In this document: positions 1-17,659 of the stretch, in pieces
How positions within the stretch are numbered: position 1 is the first letter of the stretch
Layout: every line of letters starts with the position of its first letter
NCBI RefSeq assembly: GCF_009914755.1
Contig: NC_060934.1
Length of the DNA stretch: 64,000 nucleotides
Source of the DNA: the human T2T-CHM13v2.0 reference genome, Homo sapiens
Reading direction: 5' to 3' (one strand)
The notes under the pieces: generated by a model
What the model was told of the DNA's origin: nothing
The model's database searches: none
Seen by the model: only the letters and a program-made list of their open reading frames with translations
Program-made: the position numbers and the translations under genes

Positions 1-300
1 TGCAGGTAGGCACTGGGTCTATTGGTCCTTGATCTATCAATACATAAACTCTTCACTTAGAATTGAGAACCAAATGACTCAAAATTTTTGGTGGCAATGG
101 CAGTAGCATCCAATTTCCGGAGATGACAACGGCAGACTAGACCTAAGTATTTACAAATTTACGAGTAACATGAATTCATAAAGCAAACATGTCCTCAACC
201 GCCATGTGTCACTATAGCAAAGACCACATTAATTTGTGAGCATCCTCAGGAGTGCAAATTAGAACATGAAAAGAAGCAGGAAAGTAAAGCATATGTTTAA

Positions 301-440
<140 letters not shown>

Positions 441-623
441 ATCCTTGGATAGTCAACATTTCTGCTAAGAAATGTCGTTTCCTATGTAAGAATAAATTGC
501 ATTGATAGTGTCTGAGGTGGATCTGACTAGTTAATTCTGCACTTCTCCTACCTAAGTTCTTTTGCTCCTTCTTTTCCGTATGCTCTGAAGCAGTATTCAT
601 CTCTAATGTTGGCAGGGATGCTA

Positions 624-1093
<470 letters not shown>

Positions 1094-1258
1094 AGAAAGG
1101 AAGGAAGGAAGGGAGGAAGGGAGAAAGGGAGAGAAGGAGAGAGAGAGAAAGGGAGAAAAAGAGAGAGAGAGAAAGGGAGGAAGGGAGAGAAAGAGAAAGA
1201 AAAAAAGGAAGGAAGGAAGGAAGGAAGAAAGAAAGGAAGGAAGGAAGGAAGGAAGGAA

Positions 1259-1332
<74 letters not shown>

Positions 1333-1334
1333 AA
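1094..1334. repeat. Compound purine microsatellite (GGAA)n/(GA)n/(GAAA)n
   Basis: About 240 bp of only A/G continuing the Alu A-tail. Confidence 0.97.
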
Positions 1335-1339
1335 ATGCT

Positions 1340-1476
1340 CTTTTTTTTTTTTAAAGACAGATGAGGTCTTGTTGTGTTGTCCAGGCTGATTTTGAACTCC
1401 TGAGCTGAGCTCAAGTGACCCTCCCACATCAGACCTCCCAAGTGCTCAGATTGCAGGCATGAGCCACTATACTGGG
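1340..1476 (-). mobile_element. Alu monomer (FLAM-like)
   Basis: Diverged reverse-complement left arm with T-tract. Confidence 0.85.
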
Positions 1477-1987
1477 CCCCTGGACTGGCTCCGTTGTCCT
1501 TTGTTGCTTAGTCTCCTTTTCCTCCTATTTAGACCTTCTTACCTGCCTTCCTGCCTTCCTGCCTTCCTGACAGTTGTTGTTACTGGATATCCATTCATAA
1601 AAATGGCTGCTTTACAGCTTAAATCCACCAGGGTTTTACACAAGTTCCATAACCCATCCCAATAGAGCACAGGCACTATTGAATTTGCTAAATCATAAGG
1701 TCCACGTGAAAGAATTTCTTCTACTGCAGCTTTGATCAGCTAGAAAGTTTCTCTTTCCTTCTCCTCCTGGTAAATAAGAGGCGAAAAAGAAAACTTCCCT
1801 GAATTTTTTTCGGTGTTTCTATAAGAAGCCCTAGCCTTCATCTGTAGCCATTTGTCTAGTTAATTGTTCTGATCGGAAACAGTACTAACTTCTCTTATCT
1901 CCCCAGGTGAACCAAAGAGTTACAGCCTGAGTAGGTACCTTAGGCTGAGCCCAAGTTGCAAGAGAAGCAGCAATACTACATTTCTAG

Positions 1988-2329
<342 letters not shown>

Positions 2330-2804
2330 AAGGCTGGGAATTTAAAGAAGTCTCAAGATCATTAAGGCAGAGACACCCAAGCTATCCAGCTTCTGGCTAG
2401 ATTTTATTTCCACACAAAAGGATTGGATAAGGAGGAGACTTTCTCAGGAGCGGAGGGGGCAACTGCCTCCTACCCTTTTAGGAACAGGAGAAATCAGTTT
2501 CCTTGTTCTTGCCTTCTCCTGTAGGACAATTGACCTGGCTCTCATCACGTTACCTCAGGAGTAAGACTGAAGCTAGGGGTACCAGCGCACTTATTACATT
2601 TACTATGAGGTGTTTGATATGAAATCTATCTCTGATCCAGAATTCTGCATGCATATATTTAGGATACATTTTATAAAGATAAATATTAACAACTTGGCAA
2701 TAAGATACAGGCAGAGTTTCTCAAAGTGCATTTGCAGACCTCTTGCATGAAAACCATCAGAGGGAGTTGGGGTGGGGGTGAGGATAGGAGGGGTAGCTTC
2801 ATCT

Positions 2805-3130
2805 GTTTTTGCTTTTTTGTGTGTGTTTTTTGAGCTCCCTCTGCCTCCCAGCCTGGGAGTACAGTTTCACAATAACGACCCACTGTAGCCTAGACCTCTG
2901 TGGCTCAAGCAATCCTCCTGCCTCAGCCCACTGAGTAACTGGAGCTATAGGCACGCACCACCGTGCCTGGCTAATTTTTGTATTTTTTGTGGAGATGAGG
3001 GTGAGGAGGTGGGTGGGGGGGGTGGGTCTCACTATGTTACCCAGGCTGGTCTCAAACTTGGGGCCTCAAGCAATTCTCCTGCCTTGGCCTACCAAAGTGC
3101 TCAGATTATGGACATAAGTCACAGCCCCAG
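2805..3130 (-). mobile_element. AluJ-type element, degenerate, with G-rich insert
   Basis: J-like motif ggctcaagcaatcctcc; G-rich insert near 2997-3026. Confidence 0.85.
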
Positions 3131-3144
3131 TCAGGGGTCATGAT

Positions 3145-3481
3145 TTCTTTTTTTTTTTTTTTTTTTTTTTTGAGATGGAGTCTTCCTCTGTCACCCAGGC
3201 TGGAGTGCAGTGGCGCGATCTTGACTTACTGCAACCTCCGACCCCCAGCTCCCCCCACCTCCCGCCTCCCCTGGTTTCAAGCCATTCTCATGCCTCAGCC
3301 TCACGAGTTGCTGGGATTACAGGCATGTGCCACCACACCCGGCTATTTTTTTTGTATTTTTTGTAGAAAAGAAGTTTCGCCCTGTTGGCCAGGCTGGTCT
3401 TGAACTCCTGACCTCAGGTGGTACACCTGCCTCGGCCTCCCAAAGTGCTGGGATTACAGGCATGAGCCACCACACTTGGCC
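3145..3481 (-). mobile_element. AluS-type element with C-rich internal expansion
   Basis: Full dimer; TSD aggggtcatgattt. Confidence 0.95.
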
Positions 3482-3777
3482 AAGGGGTCATGATTTTTGA
3501 CTGGGAAAATTATTAAGCCTAAATGAATGCATTAGAATCTCTTGGTGCGGAACCCACTGATATGCATTTTAACCCATAGGCCCAGGTCATCCTATGCCCA
3601 CCCTTTTTCCTGTGGTATCCTTTTTCTGAAAAGTCCCTGTTCTCCTGGGTTAGTATAAATATTCACTAAAAGGTATTGTGGTCAGTTTGAATGTGCTTTG
3701 TAATTTTTAACAATGATAAACTTCTGTTTAACTCTGGGTTAAACAGAAAACATTTTCATTTCAATCCTTGTTATTGA

Positions 3778-4268
<491 letters not shown>

Positions 4269-4549
4269 TACCTTTTCTAATCAGAACAGCTTGCTTTCTA
4301 TAACTTTTCCCCCAAAAGAAATTTGAATTACAGTATAATAATAGCAATTTGATCTGCTTCGTATTTATGTTATATAATACTTTCACACTATGATAATCCG
4401 TAAAATTTACTATATGCCCAGTATATTTTTCCAGTAAACAGACTGAGTGGAGTTTATCAAAACTCTCACTTAGCAGAATTTGACCTGTACATCTTTAAAA
4501 CTATAGTTTTTATGAGCAATATTTGAAAGTTCTGAGCAATATTTTTTAA

Positions 4550-4855
<306 letters not shown>

Positions 4856-5306
4856 GAAAGTCATGTTAAAGTGTAAGGAAATACAGACAAATATTAATGT
4901 CTTTTACATTGTTTTAGAACAAAATTAAGCTTCTAATGTGTGCCATTTTTACCATTTCTTGTTTGTTGTGGTTTTTGGAGAACAATATCTTTCCCCATAA
5001 ATTCTTAAATAATGTTCAAGAAAAGTACTGTGTGATGGATGAATCTACTTTTCTTTAGTAAACTATTCCATGAGTACTTCCTTTGTAAACCAGTACATAC
5101 TATTTACTTTTCACCAGAAATTACACACCCTAGAGTAATTTAAACTAACACATGCTTGTGCTTCTATTAAGGTTTTTATTTCTAATCTCTTCCCAATTTA
5201 TAGAGGAATAAAATTATTGATGCTATCTTATGTGAGGACCAGTTGATTCTAATTCCCTTAAGAGTGCGAGCATGTGCCAGACAGAGTTGCTGAAAAGAGA
5301 ATGTGA

Positions 5307-5684
<378 letters not shown>

Positions 5685-5685
5685 A

Positions 5686-6360
5686 GATGGGTTTTATTTG
5701 ATCCTATATATCGTGACTTACTTTCCAATCTGGTTCTGGCATACCATTATGACACAAGGAAAAAAATCAAAATATTTAACCTCACTATATATTTCCTTGC
5801 CATACCTTGAAATTGCCCTGCAGAGTCTCTTGTGGGAAGAATCCACATTCTATAGAGAATCCCCTTTCCCCTTTGTTTTTCTTCCTTCTTTTCCAGGTCC
5901 AGGAGATAATCAACTAAGAGCCAGGCACCCTTTTAGGTCTGATAAGAAACATTTTACAACCTGCTCTCTCTGAAGTCGGCTATCTGAGAGCTTCCTCTGC
6001 ACAGTAAAACTTGGTCTCTGCAATCCTTTATCTTAACCTGAACATTTCCTTTCTCTTGATCCCAGGTCTTCAGATGAACTCAACCAGTTGTCAACCAGAA
6101 AATGTTTAAATCTACCTATACCCTGGAAGCCCCACACTTTGAGTTGTCCCACTTTTCTGAACCAAACCAATGCATTTTTTAAATGTATTTGATTGGTTTC
6201 ATGCCTCCCTAAAATATATAAAACCAGGCTGTGCCCTGACCACCTCGGGCTCATGTTCTCAGGGCCTCCTGAGGGCTGTGTCACTGGCCATGGTCACTCT
6301 TATTTGGCTTAGAATAAATCTCTTCAAACGTTTTACAGAGTTTGACTCTTTTCATCAACA
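5686..6360 (+). mobile_element. MER4-family ERV1 LTR (MER4E-like), 5'-truncated
   Basis: Typical MER4 3' end ...gaataaatctcttcaaa...gagtttgactcttttcatcaaca; TATA-like tatataaaa and AATAAA present. Confidence 0.85.
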
Positions 6361-6934
6361 CCGTATGTCGCTTCTCTATTCCTAATCCCAAATTATATGA
6401 AGAAATGCCTCTAAATAAAAGCAAGCCATTTCCTATGCATACATGCTCGGACAGTGCAGCTTTGCAATGGCAACTGGAGTCCTTGAGATAGCTCCCAGCT
6501 CACACCCACAGAGCATCTCCTGCAGAGCTGATCTAGGGCAAAGGGAAACAGATTGCCTCTCTCAGTCTTCCAGATTCCAACAATGATCGCTGGTCCTTCA
6601 GAGTTATGTTTCGTGGGAGTGACACACTCTGAGCAACGATCCTTGTTATTACAGATTGTCTCCTTTGGGTGAAAAGAAATGGTCAACATTTGGCTGGAAG
6701 AAACATGACGAGGCTTTTCTTTGTGGCCACACAGTCCTCTGTCTTGAATGAGCAGCTAAAAGAACGGGTAAAGGATATGTAAATGATTTGTTTGAATTAA
6801 CCAAATAAACAGAAGTGATTATTGATTAAGGTAAACTGGATAAGAAAGCTAACACCACATTTATGGAATAGACAACTATTTACACAGTCTGACTTTAGAA
6901 GTATTGAAAGATTCTCTAACTTCAAAATACTTTA

Positions 6935-7536
<602 letters not shown>

Positions 7537-7907
7537 TCATCACAGTGTCTGAAACCCATACCATCAGACAAATCACTACTTTGAATGAAGGCAGTATATA
7601 TCTCTAAGTGTGTACTCCACAGAGCATTAATCTATGTCATACTAAGAAAAGAACCATACACACAGACAGATGTTCATTAATGTCCATGAATGTAAAGAAA
7701 TCCTAGATTTAAAGAAATAGTTGCATTTACCATAAAACTTACTGGCGTTTGGAAAAGCTAAGAATTACAAATCTCCAAAAAATGTGACATAATAGGCAGT
7801 ACGTTTCAAACCTGATTGGCAATGGGACACTGTTTTATAATACGTCTTATGAGATTGGTTTTACTCAGATTAAAAAAGGCGTCTTTCCCAGGTGACAACT
7901 GAGAGCA

Positions 7908-8280
7908 TGTATCATAGTCTGACGGGGCTACTATAACAAAAGCGGAATAAATGGAGTGGCTTATAAACAAAAACATTTATTGCTCACAATTCTGGAGACC
8001 TGAAAGTCCAAGATTAAAGGCACCAGCAGATTTGGTGTCTGGTGAGAGCTCATTCTCTGGTTAATAGATGGCACTTTCTCACTGTCACCTGTCATAGTGG
8101 AAGGAGCTAGCTAGCTCTTTGGGGTTTCTTTTATAAAGGCATTAATCCCATATGAGAGGGCTCTATTCTCATGACCTAGTCACATTCCAACATCTCCACC
8201 TTCTAATACGATTGCACTGGGGACTAGGTTTCAATGTATAAATTTGAGGATGGGGTGACACAATTATTCAGACCATGGCA
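7908..8280 (-). mobile_element. MLT1A-type MaLR solo LTR
   Basis: catttattgctcacaattctggag...gcagatttggtgtctggtgag...ttcagaccatggca. Confidence 0.88.
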
Positions 8281-8347
8281 GTATGCAAATATCCTAACTA
8301 GATGGGCAACTCCTGAATACATTATCCTGCATAAATAATTGAGCACA

Positions 8348-8466
8348 ATTTTTTTTTTTTTTGGTAGATTTGCGAATCTCATTATATTGTCCAGGGTAGT
8401 TTCAAACTACTGGCCTCAAGTGGTTCTCCTTCCTCAGCCTCCCAAAGCGCTGGGATTACAGGTGTA
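8348..8466 (-). mobile_element. Alu monomer (FLAM-like)
   Basis: Left arm only with T-tract. Confidence 0.8.
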
Positions 8467-8746
8467 AGGCTTTTTTTTTTTTTTTTTCATCAAAAAAACT
8501 TGAAACTTGCAGCAACAGGGGATTTTCATGTTGGTGTGATTAATAGAGAATGGTGATACCTAGTGAGCGCTAGGGCGTCGACGAGGAAAATTGCTGAGCA
8601 GCTGAACTCATGTACAGCACTACCCAGTAAAAATTACAAGAAACCCCAGAGTGAGGAGAGCATGCAATGGAGAACAGAGAGCATGTGTGAGAATCATCAA
8701 AAAGACAGAAATGGAAATGCATTGGGAAAATGGTGGGAGACATTAA

Positions 8747-9052
<306 letters not shown>

Positions 9053-9055
9053 GGC

Positions 9056-9370
9056 TTTTTTTTTTTTTTTTTTTTTAAATAGAGACAAGGTCTTCCTCCA
9101 TTGCCCAGGCTGGAGTGCAGTGGGCTTATCATAGCTCATTGTAGTCTCAAACTCCCAGACTCAAGCAATCCTCCCACCTCGGCCTCCTGAGTAGCTGGGA
9201 CTACAGGCCTGCACCAACATGCCCGGCTAATTTTTTAAACAATTTTTTTTTTTGAGACAGGGTCTTACAATGTTGCCCAGGCTGGCCTCGAACTCCTAGC
9301 TCAAGCAATCCTCCTGCCTCAGCCTCCCAAAGAAGTGCTGGGATTACAGACATGAGCCACCACGCCCAGT
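9056..9370 (-). mobile_element. AluJ-type element
   Basis: Dimer with J-like atagctca and aatcctccc motifs. Confidence 0.92.
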
Positions 9371-11737
9371 CAAAAGACATTTTTTTGTGGATGCAAATCT
9401 TTTGCCTAGAACTACCCTTACCAGAAAAGAAAAACCCACCATTTTTCATTTCCAGAGGCAGCCAGCTATAACAGGCTGCTTCTAAGGAAGTCACCCAAAT
9501 GTGATTCTTCCTGCAGCACACTGTAAATTGATGTAATTACAGTGTGCAAAATAGTGGAGACCTTCAGAAATATGAAGTTACAGCCTAACAATACTCTGTG
9601 ACTCTCCAGTGCTCTGAAGTTTAACAACCACATTTTAATTCCCCGGCTTCTCTATGGAGAATGGGTTAATTTCCTTATTTTAAAACCATTACTCAAAAGC
9701 ACACAATTTTTAATTCTGTATTTGGAATTTATTCTTATGACGAGAGTTTCAGATTTGCCTCCAAGGAAAAGCACCTGTAATAGAACCCCCAGAAAATATT
9801 AATTTCTTCTGTAAAGTGAAGTGTTAGTCAAGACCCCGAATTTACATGTCAATACCATTCTAATTTTAAAATTAAGTTTCTCAGTTTAAAGAGATTAGGG
9901 ATTCACTTGATCCTAAGAGAACTTTCCAACATCACCTCTCAGTATAACTGAATAAATTCAAAAGAAATTGGTGATAGCACTTTTATTTTGGGAGATGAGC
10001 AGATCATGTCAGTATCATAATTCAACGAAGACGCGATACACACGTAGACTGTTATTTTGAACTGCATCCTTTTCCAAATGAAGGGAAAATGTGTCTTGCT
10101 GTAGCAAGAGGGTTTTTTTTCTTCTTCCCACCTAAAGTCATGTTTTCCACCTTAATACTCACATCCAATTAAATATTTTCATGTGCGGTTTCTATCACCT
10201 GTCAAAAGGGATGTGCTAACATATTTGTACCTTATCGTCTGTTAATTAGTGTGACAGCCTGAGATTTTTTTTTTTTTAAATTTACGGCAGCCCTTGGTGT
10301 CTAGGCTTAGGTTAAAAGTGCAGGCTGACATAACTGCTCTCCTTTTACACTTACTTGGTGTTCTCTGGATGCTGACAGAAATATTTTTTATGCTGATAAG
10401 CCAGGCTGTCCTGTTATCTAAAAGAGGAAAGAAGGCAAGCAAAAAAGTTAGGGAAATAAACATTTCTATGATTGCACCCATGCCAGAAGGAAAGCAATAA
10501 TCCCATCTCTGAGGGGTACAAATGATACCTTATTCCTACAAGATTTCTTGTAAAATATTGAATTTGCCTGATGTCCAAACAAAATTAGGTTGTCTTCTAT
10601 TACTATAATAAATAATGTGAGTAATAATAGCTTGTCCTTTTAAAGAAGTCCCTGGGTAATTTCAAATCCTGTCTTTTCCAACTTTTTCTCTCCTTGCCTT
10701 TCTGTCTATCCCCCTACCAATCAGGAAGTCATCTTTAAATAAGGCTGGTTAAGGATTTTGAATGTGAACAGAACCACAGGAATCACTCGGTACAGGTGCA
10801 ACTACAAGGTCAGGTGTGAGCCATTAAGAACCACATTACGTGTTCATGCAATTCATTAGCAAAGCACAACTCTCAAGCCAGGCAAAGGAAATTTATCCAA
10901 TCTGCTAATCAGGTACAGAAATTCTACGGCAACACTCAGCAGCTCATGGTAGCATTTCAACAGAACACAACATAAACTACTGTCTCAGAGCAGGCATGTA
11001 GTAGCCACCGGCATCTGCATTCTGAGACCTTTGCCAGTGTTATTACTGGAACACAAAACTAGAGGTAGAGAGAAATGTGCCAAAATTAGCTGCAAAATAA
11101 GACACAACCAATATTCCTTTTCAAACCATTGATATCAAAATACTCAAAAGAATAAAGCAAGTTATTTAACATCATTGTCTTTAGTTACTGACTTACTATT
11201 TGGAGAGAAAGACAAAGCCAGGACTGCCTTCCATTTTCTTCTCCTCTTCATTTGCACTCCACACTCTGACAGTCACATGCCTTCTTATCCCAAATCATCA
11301 TTTGCTCTTGGACTCTAGTTCTCAGATTTCTTTCTGTTGAATGACCTGAGTCAAGATGTTTCACTGGGAGAGTCCGAGCAGTATTGAGATGAAGGATCTA
11401 TTATCCGCAGTATTCCTCGGACACCATGGGGTTAACTGAGGTTCTGAAGGTTCAGTGGGACTTGCGGTGGATCCCATAGATCCTGAAGTCTTGGTGCTTA
11501 GGCTCTTGGTCTGCCCCTGTTCTAACTTCAACAGGGAAGCCAGTGTGGCCAGAACTGCCCCTATCAAGGTCTTACCCTCTTTGAAGAATTTTCCCAGCCC
11601 ACGCTGTGCCTACAAAAACAGAGTCATTCTGTTTCTACAATATAGAGTTTCACCAGTAAACCCTTGGGATCTCTAACTTAAAGAGCAGAGGAGTGAGCCA
11701 GGAACTCTTCTCAATCATTCAAAATCTGCCAAACGTA

Positions 11738-11869
11738 GGCAGGTGCTGTGGCTGGCACCTGTAATCCCAGCACTGGGAGGCAAAGGCGGGAGGATCGCTT
11801 GAGCTCAGGAGCTCAAGACCAGCCTGGGCAATGTAGCGAGATCCCCACCTTTACCAAAAAAAAAAAAAA
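11738..11869 (+). mobile_element. Alu monomer (FLAM-like)
   Basis: Left arm plus A-tail; flanks aaaatctgccaaac / aaaatctgacaaac. Confidence 0.9.
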
Positions 11870-12278
11870 TCTGACAAACACAGAACAGTCTTTCAATAGG
11901 TAATTACTCTAGAAATTAGCCCTTTGGGAATTTTTATCCCTAAAAAGCTTAGAAAAAGTCAAGTGTATTGACTTGTTATAGCGGCTAACTGACATACTAT
12001 GTGTTGAATACTGTTGTTGATTCTAGCGCTTGAAGGAACTTTTATAAGTGACTTATGTCTTATGTTCCGTGTCTGCAAAGTACCGTCATTAACTTTAAAG
12101 ACAACTTAAATTTGAGCAAAACTGTATTAAGAAAAATGGCATTTGCTGTCACTTTGCAGGTCTGATTTTCAAGGGTAACACTTTCCCACTATTCTGTGTC
12201 CTGCCTGCAGGAGGTGGTGGTGGTGAAAGGCCTGCAGTACTGGATGTCTCTAAAAATAACAGAAGAATAATTAACATT

Positions 12279-12570
12279 GGCTGAGCACAGTGGCTCCTGC
12301 CTGTAATCCCAGCACTTTGGGAGGCCGAGGCAGATGAATCACCTGAGGTCAGGAGTTCAAGATCAGCCTGGCCAACATGTTGAAACCCCATTTCTACTAA
12401 AAATACAAATATTAGCCGGGCATGGTGGCACACACCTGTAATCCCAGCCTCTCAGGAGGCGGAGGCAGGAGAATCGCTTGAACTCAGGAGGCGGAGGTTG
12501 CAGTGAGTCGAGATCATGTCACTGCACTCCAGCCTGGATGACAGTGAGACTCTGTCTCAAAAAAAAAAAG
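12279..12570 (+). mobile_element. AluS-type element
   Basis: Full dimer; TSD agaataattaacat. Confidence 0.95.
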
Positions 12571-12828
12571 AATAATTAACATAAAATTCAGGGGGATGGC
12601 TGCCTGCAATGGGGAGGTGAGAAATGTGGCAGTGGGGAGATATGCAAAGAACATCAATGGCATTAACGATGCTGGGTTGGGTTCACAGCTGTTTACCTTA
12701 TTACTAGGCCTTATAAATTATATAATATATATTGCATTATTCATCTGTATCAATTAAAAAAAAAACCTGTGTGCTTGCCCTCAAATAAGAGCTGCCACAT
12801 TTATGCTCCTTAGATTAAAAAAATAGCG

Positions 12829-13452
<624 letters not shown>

Positions 13453-14074
13453 AAAGATAGTTCTTTATGAAAATGACCCAATCATCCTCACATCCTATTA
13501 CCATCTAAATATCAGAATAATGAAATACTCTATTTTTAAACAGTTTAAGGAATCTTAAGAAAAAGAATGCAAAGCCTAATATGAAAGTTTTCCTATTACA
13601 TCTGTTCCTATTAACACGTATTCTAACCTTAATCTCACACATATGCTGTGATTATGAAGTGCTTTCTGACTCACCCTGCTTCTCTCTGAGACTTCAGGCT
13701 CTTTGCATTAAAGGCCCTTTTGAGTTTGCTTATTTCTCCGCAGATGGTGATTTTTTAAAATCCCAGTGAATGTCCTTTGCCTCCTTCCAAGAGGAAAGGG
13801 TTGGACACTAGATTGTTTTTAAGATCTTCTTCTGGCTCTAAACCTCTCTCATTTTGTGATAATCAGGAAGAGTGTTAGCTTTTCTTTCCAGCTTCCTTGT
13901 TATGAAAGCATCTGGTTCCTTCTCTGCACAATTGGAGAGAAAAAAGAATGCTTGAAATTAGGAATACCTTTGCTTTCTGACTCCTCACTTCTTTACTCTC
14001 TGATATGAGTCAAGTTTCCTTACTCACCAGAACACCTCCCACTGTGTCCCTCCACCTACACACTGGCCTCCCCT

Positions 14075-14138
14075 CCACACACCCATGCATGCACACATGA
14101 CTGCGTGCACGCACACACACACACGCACACACATACAC
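14075..14138. repeat. Imperfect (CA)n/(CG) purine-pyrimidine alternating tract
   Basis: cacacacccatgcatgcacac...gcacacacacacacgcacacacatacac. Confidence 0.9.
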
Positions 14139-14294
14139 CAGTATATAAGGAGCCTGGCTTCACAGGGTCTCCAGGTGAGTTTCCACTTTGTTTCTGCTGA
14201 TCTGTACCTAACAATCCCTTGTCTAGATAACAGCTAACATCTGTTGATCCCTTTGCTATGCACTGTGCTAAACACTTCACTTAGATTACTGGGT

Positions 14295-14600
<306 letters not shown>

Positions 14601-14625
14601 TAGAGTCAGCTCGTCCTAGACTTAC

Positions 14626-15001
14626 TGTCTTAGTCTGTTCTCATGCTACTGTAAAGCACTGCCCAAGACTGGGTAATTTATACAGGAAAGAGGTTTAATT
14701 GACTCAGTTCTGTGGGTCTGTGGAGGCCTCAGGAAACTTAACAATCATGGTGAAGGAGAAGCAAACACGTCCTTCTTCACATGGTGGCAGGAAGGAGAAT
14801 TGCTGAGCAAAAGGGAGAAAAGCCCCTTATAAAACCATCAGGTATTGTGAGAATTCACTCACTATCACGAGAACGGCAGCATGGGGGTAACTGCCCCCGT
14901 GACTCAATTACCTCCCACCAGGTCCCTCCGATGACACATGGGGATTACGGGAACTACAATTCAGGATGAGATTTGGATGGGGACACATCCAAACCATGTC
15001 A
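14626..15001 (-). mobile_element. THE1 (THE1D-like) MaLR solo LTR
   Basis: gactgggtaattta...gagatttggatggggacacatccaaaccatgtca; sits inside a MIR. Confidence 0.92.
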
Positions 15002-15165
15002 ATTTGAATCTTGACTTAGCCGTTTATTAGCTATGAGACCTTGAGCAAAAAGACTTCACATATCTGAGTGTCAGTAAAATGGGGATTATGTGCCTGTAAA
15101 CTTTTAAAATGTTTACAAAGCACTACTAGAATAGAGACTGGCAAACAGACTGTTAATAAATGATA
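15002..15165 (+). mobile_element. MIR fragment
   Basis: ttgaatcttgac...tagctatgagaccttgagcaa...gtaaaatggggat core. Confidence 0.7.
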
Positions 15166-15394
15166 GTTATTTTTGTCACTGTTATTATTGTTGTTGACAC
15201 TATATTGACTGAGATTCCTAAATCATTGCACTTAGACTCTCCATTCAGGGCACTGATAACTTGGTTTTCCTGCCCGCAGTCATGGTGTTGGATCCTTCCT
15301 CCTGACCTTTGGATCCTGGGCTTCTGGCAGATGCTCCGTGCATGGTGATTGCTGAGGCTACCACACCCTGAGTCCCACCTACCCTTCTGTCTAA

Positions 15395-15929
<535 letters not shown>

Positions 15930-16129
15930 TTAAAAGCAGATTATTTAGTCAATTCTGTTTGCTATTTCTGACTTCTCTGTACTTAAATCCTAATTACCCT
16001 CTCTTGTCTGGCAAACTCCACAGTGTTTTTCTAAAGACCCCAAATAAGACACTTTCATATTGTGTGTCATTTAATTCCCACACCAGTCCTACGAAGGTAC
16101 AGGGTTTCTGCCATCCTCAACACTTAAAC

Positions 16130-16340
16130 TCTGGCTTCCAGGCAGCTTCTTCAATTCTCATCGTCTCCCAGTGGGGTGGGATATGCACCTAATCTTCTTA
16201 GTCACAGGGCCATGCCTAGCTGCAAGAGAGGCTGGGCAATGTCATCTTTAACTGGGAGGCCATGAACCTCACTAAATTAGTTGTGTGACAGAAAAGGGAA
16301 AAGGATCTTTGAGACAACCTGGAGTTGGCCAGGGCAATGT
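16130..16340 (-). mobile_element. Old MLT1-type LTR fragment
   Basis: ttagtcacagggccatgcctagctgcaagagaggctggg motif. Confidence 0.6.
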
Positions 16341-16663
16341 AATAATATCCCCACTTTATATGAAGACACCATAGCTCGGAGATATTAAGAGTTCTCATAG
16401 CAAGAAAAGAGAGGAGCCAGAAATTGAAGTCAGGTCTATCTGACTGCAGAGCTACTTTCCAATGGACTGGTCTACACCGCCTGGTCCCCCGTGTTCACAG
16501 AGAATCCACATGATGCAGCACACCCTGGCAGGAGATTCATTCCAAAGACAAGACTCTGATAGTTCCCCTTTATTCTAGCTAGGAGATTGAATCAAACTCT
16601 TTGGTTATTTTAGCTGCAACATAATTTTTATATATTGTATCTATGATTTTTATTTTTATATAT

Positions 16664-16737
16664 AATTTTATATATCCTAGATGTTTTTATATATCCTAGA
16701 TATTTTTATATATCCTAGATATTTTTATATATCCTGG
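16664..16737. repeat. 19-bp tandem repeat, about 4 copies
   Basis: cctag/cctgg recurs at 16676, 16695, 16714, 16733. Confidence 0.92.
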
Positions 16738-16847
16738 TAATATTTACTAAGTGACACAATTTTGCAAACTACACATGCAGAGGAGTTCTTTAGTAACTAA
16801 AGCTGCCAAGGCCTGTGTTCCTTACATAGTGCAATCAAAAACAGGAC

Positions 16848-17177
<330 letters not shown>

Positions 17178-17659
17178 TGATTAGAAGTTTTAACTAACTC
17201 CATGGCAGAAAAATTTCTTTAGAAGACCTTCAAATGAAAACAAATTATTCATATTACTTAAAGATAAAAAGTCAAGGAATTTGATTTATAAATTCAAGTT
17301 ATCCTTGCAATGTTTGGTTCCAGACCACATTGTTTTTCAACAATGGGAACACCACCATTTGGCGTTCTTCACAGACACACATGCTCGAGCTTCCAGTTAA
17401 TAAATAGCTTCCCGGCCATCATTTTGAGAGTTTCATTCCTTCTGTTTAATTAATCCAGCTCTCAACATTGTATTTATTAGAGACCAATAATCACATTATT
17501 GTGTGCTAATAGATGCCTCTAGTATTTAAATAATTCTCCCAAGGATTTGGAAGTCATCCTGGGACCTATTTAATATTAGTTATTAATGGCTTGTTAAAGA
17601 AAGGTGGCTTTCAATTTGCATACAGGTTCTTCAAATTCTCTTACTAGGACAAATACCAT

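Noticed and set aside
11373-11423. gtccgag...ctcggac inverted repeat as a pre-miRNA
   Set aside because: Only a 7-bp outer stem, and the interior does not pair well
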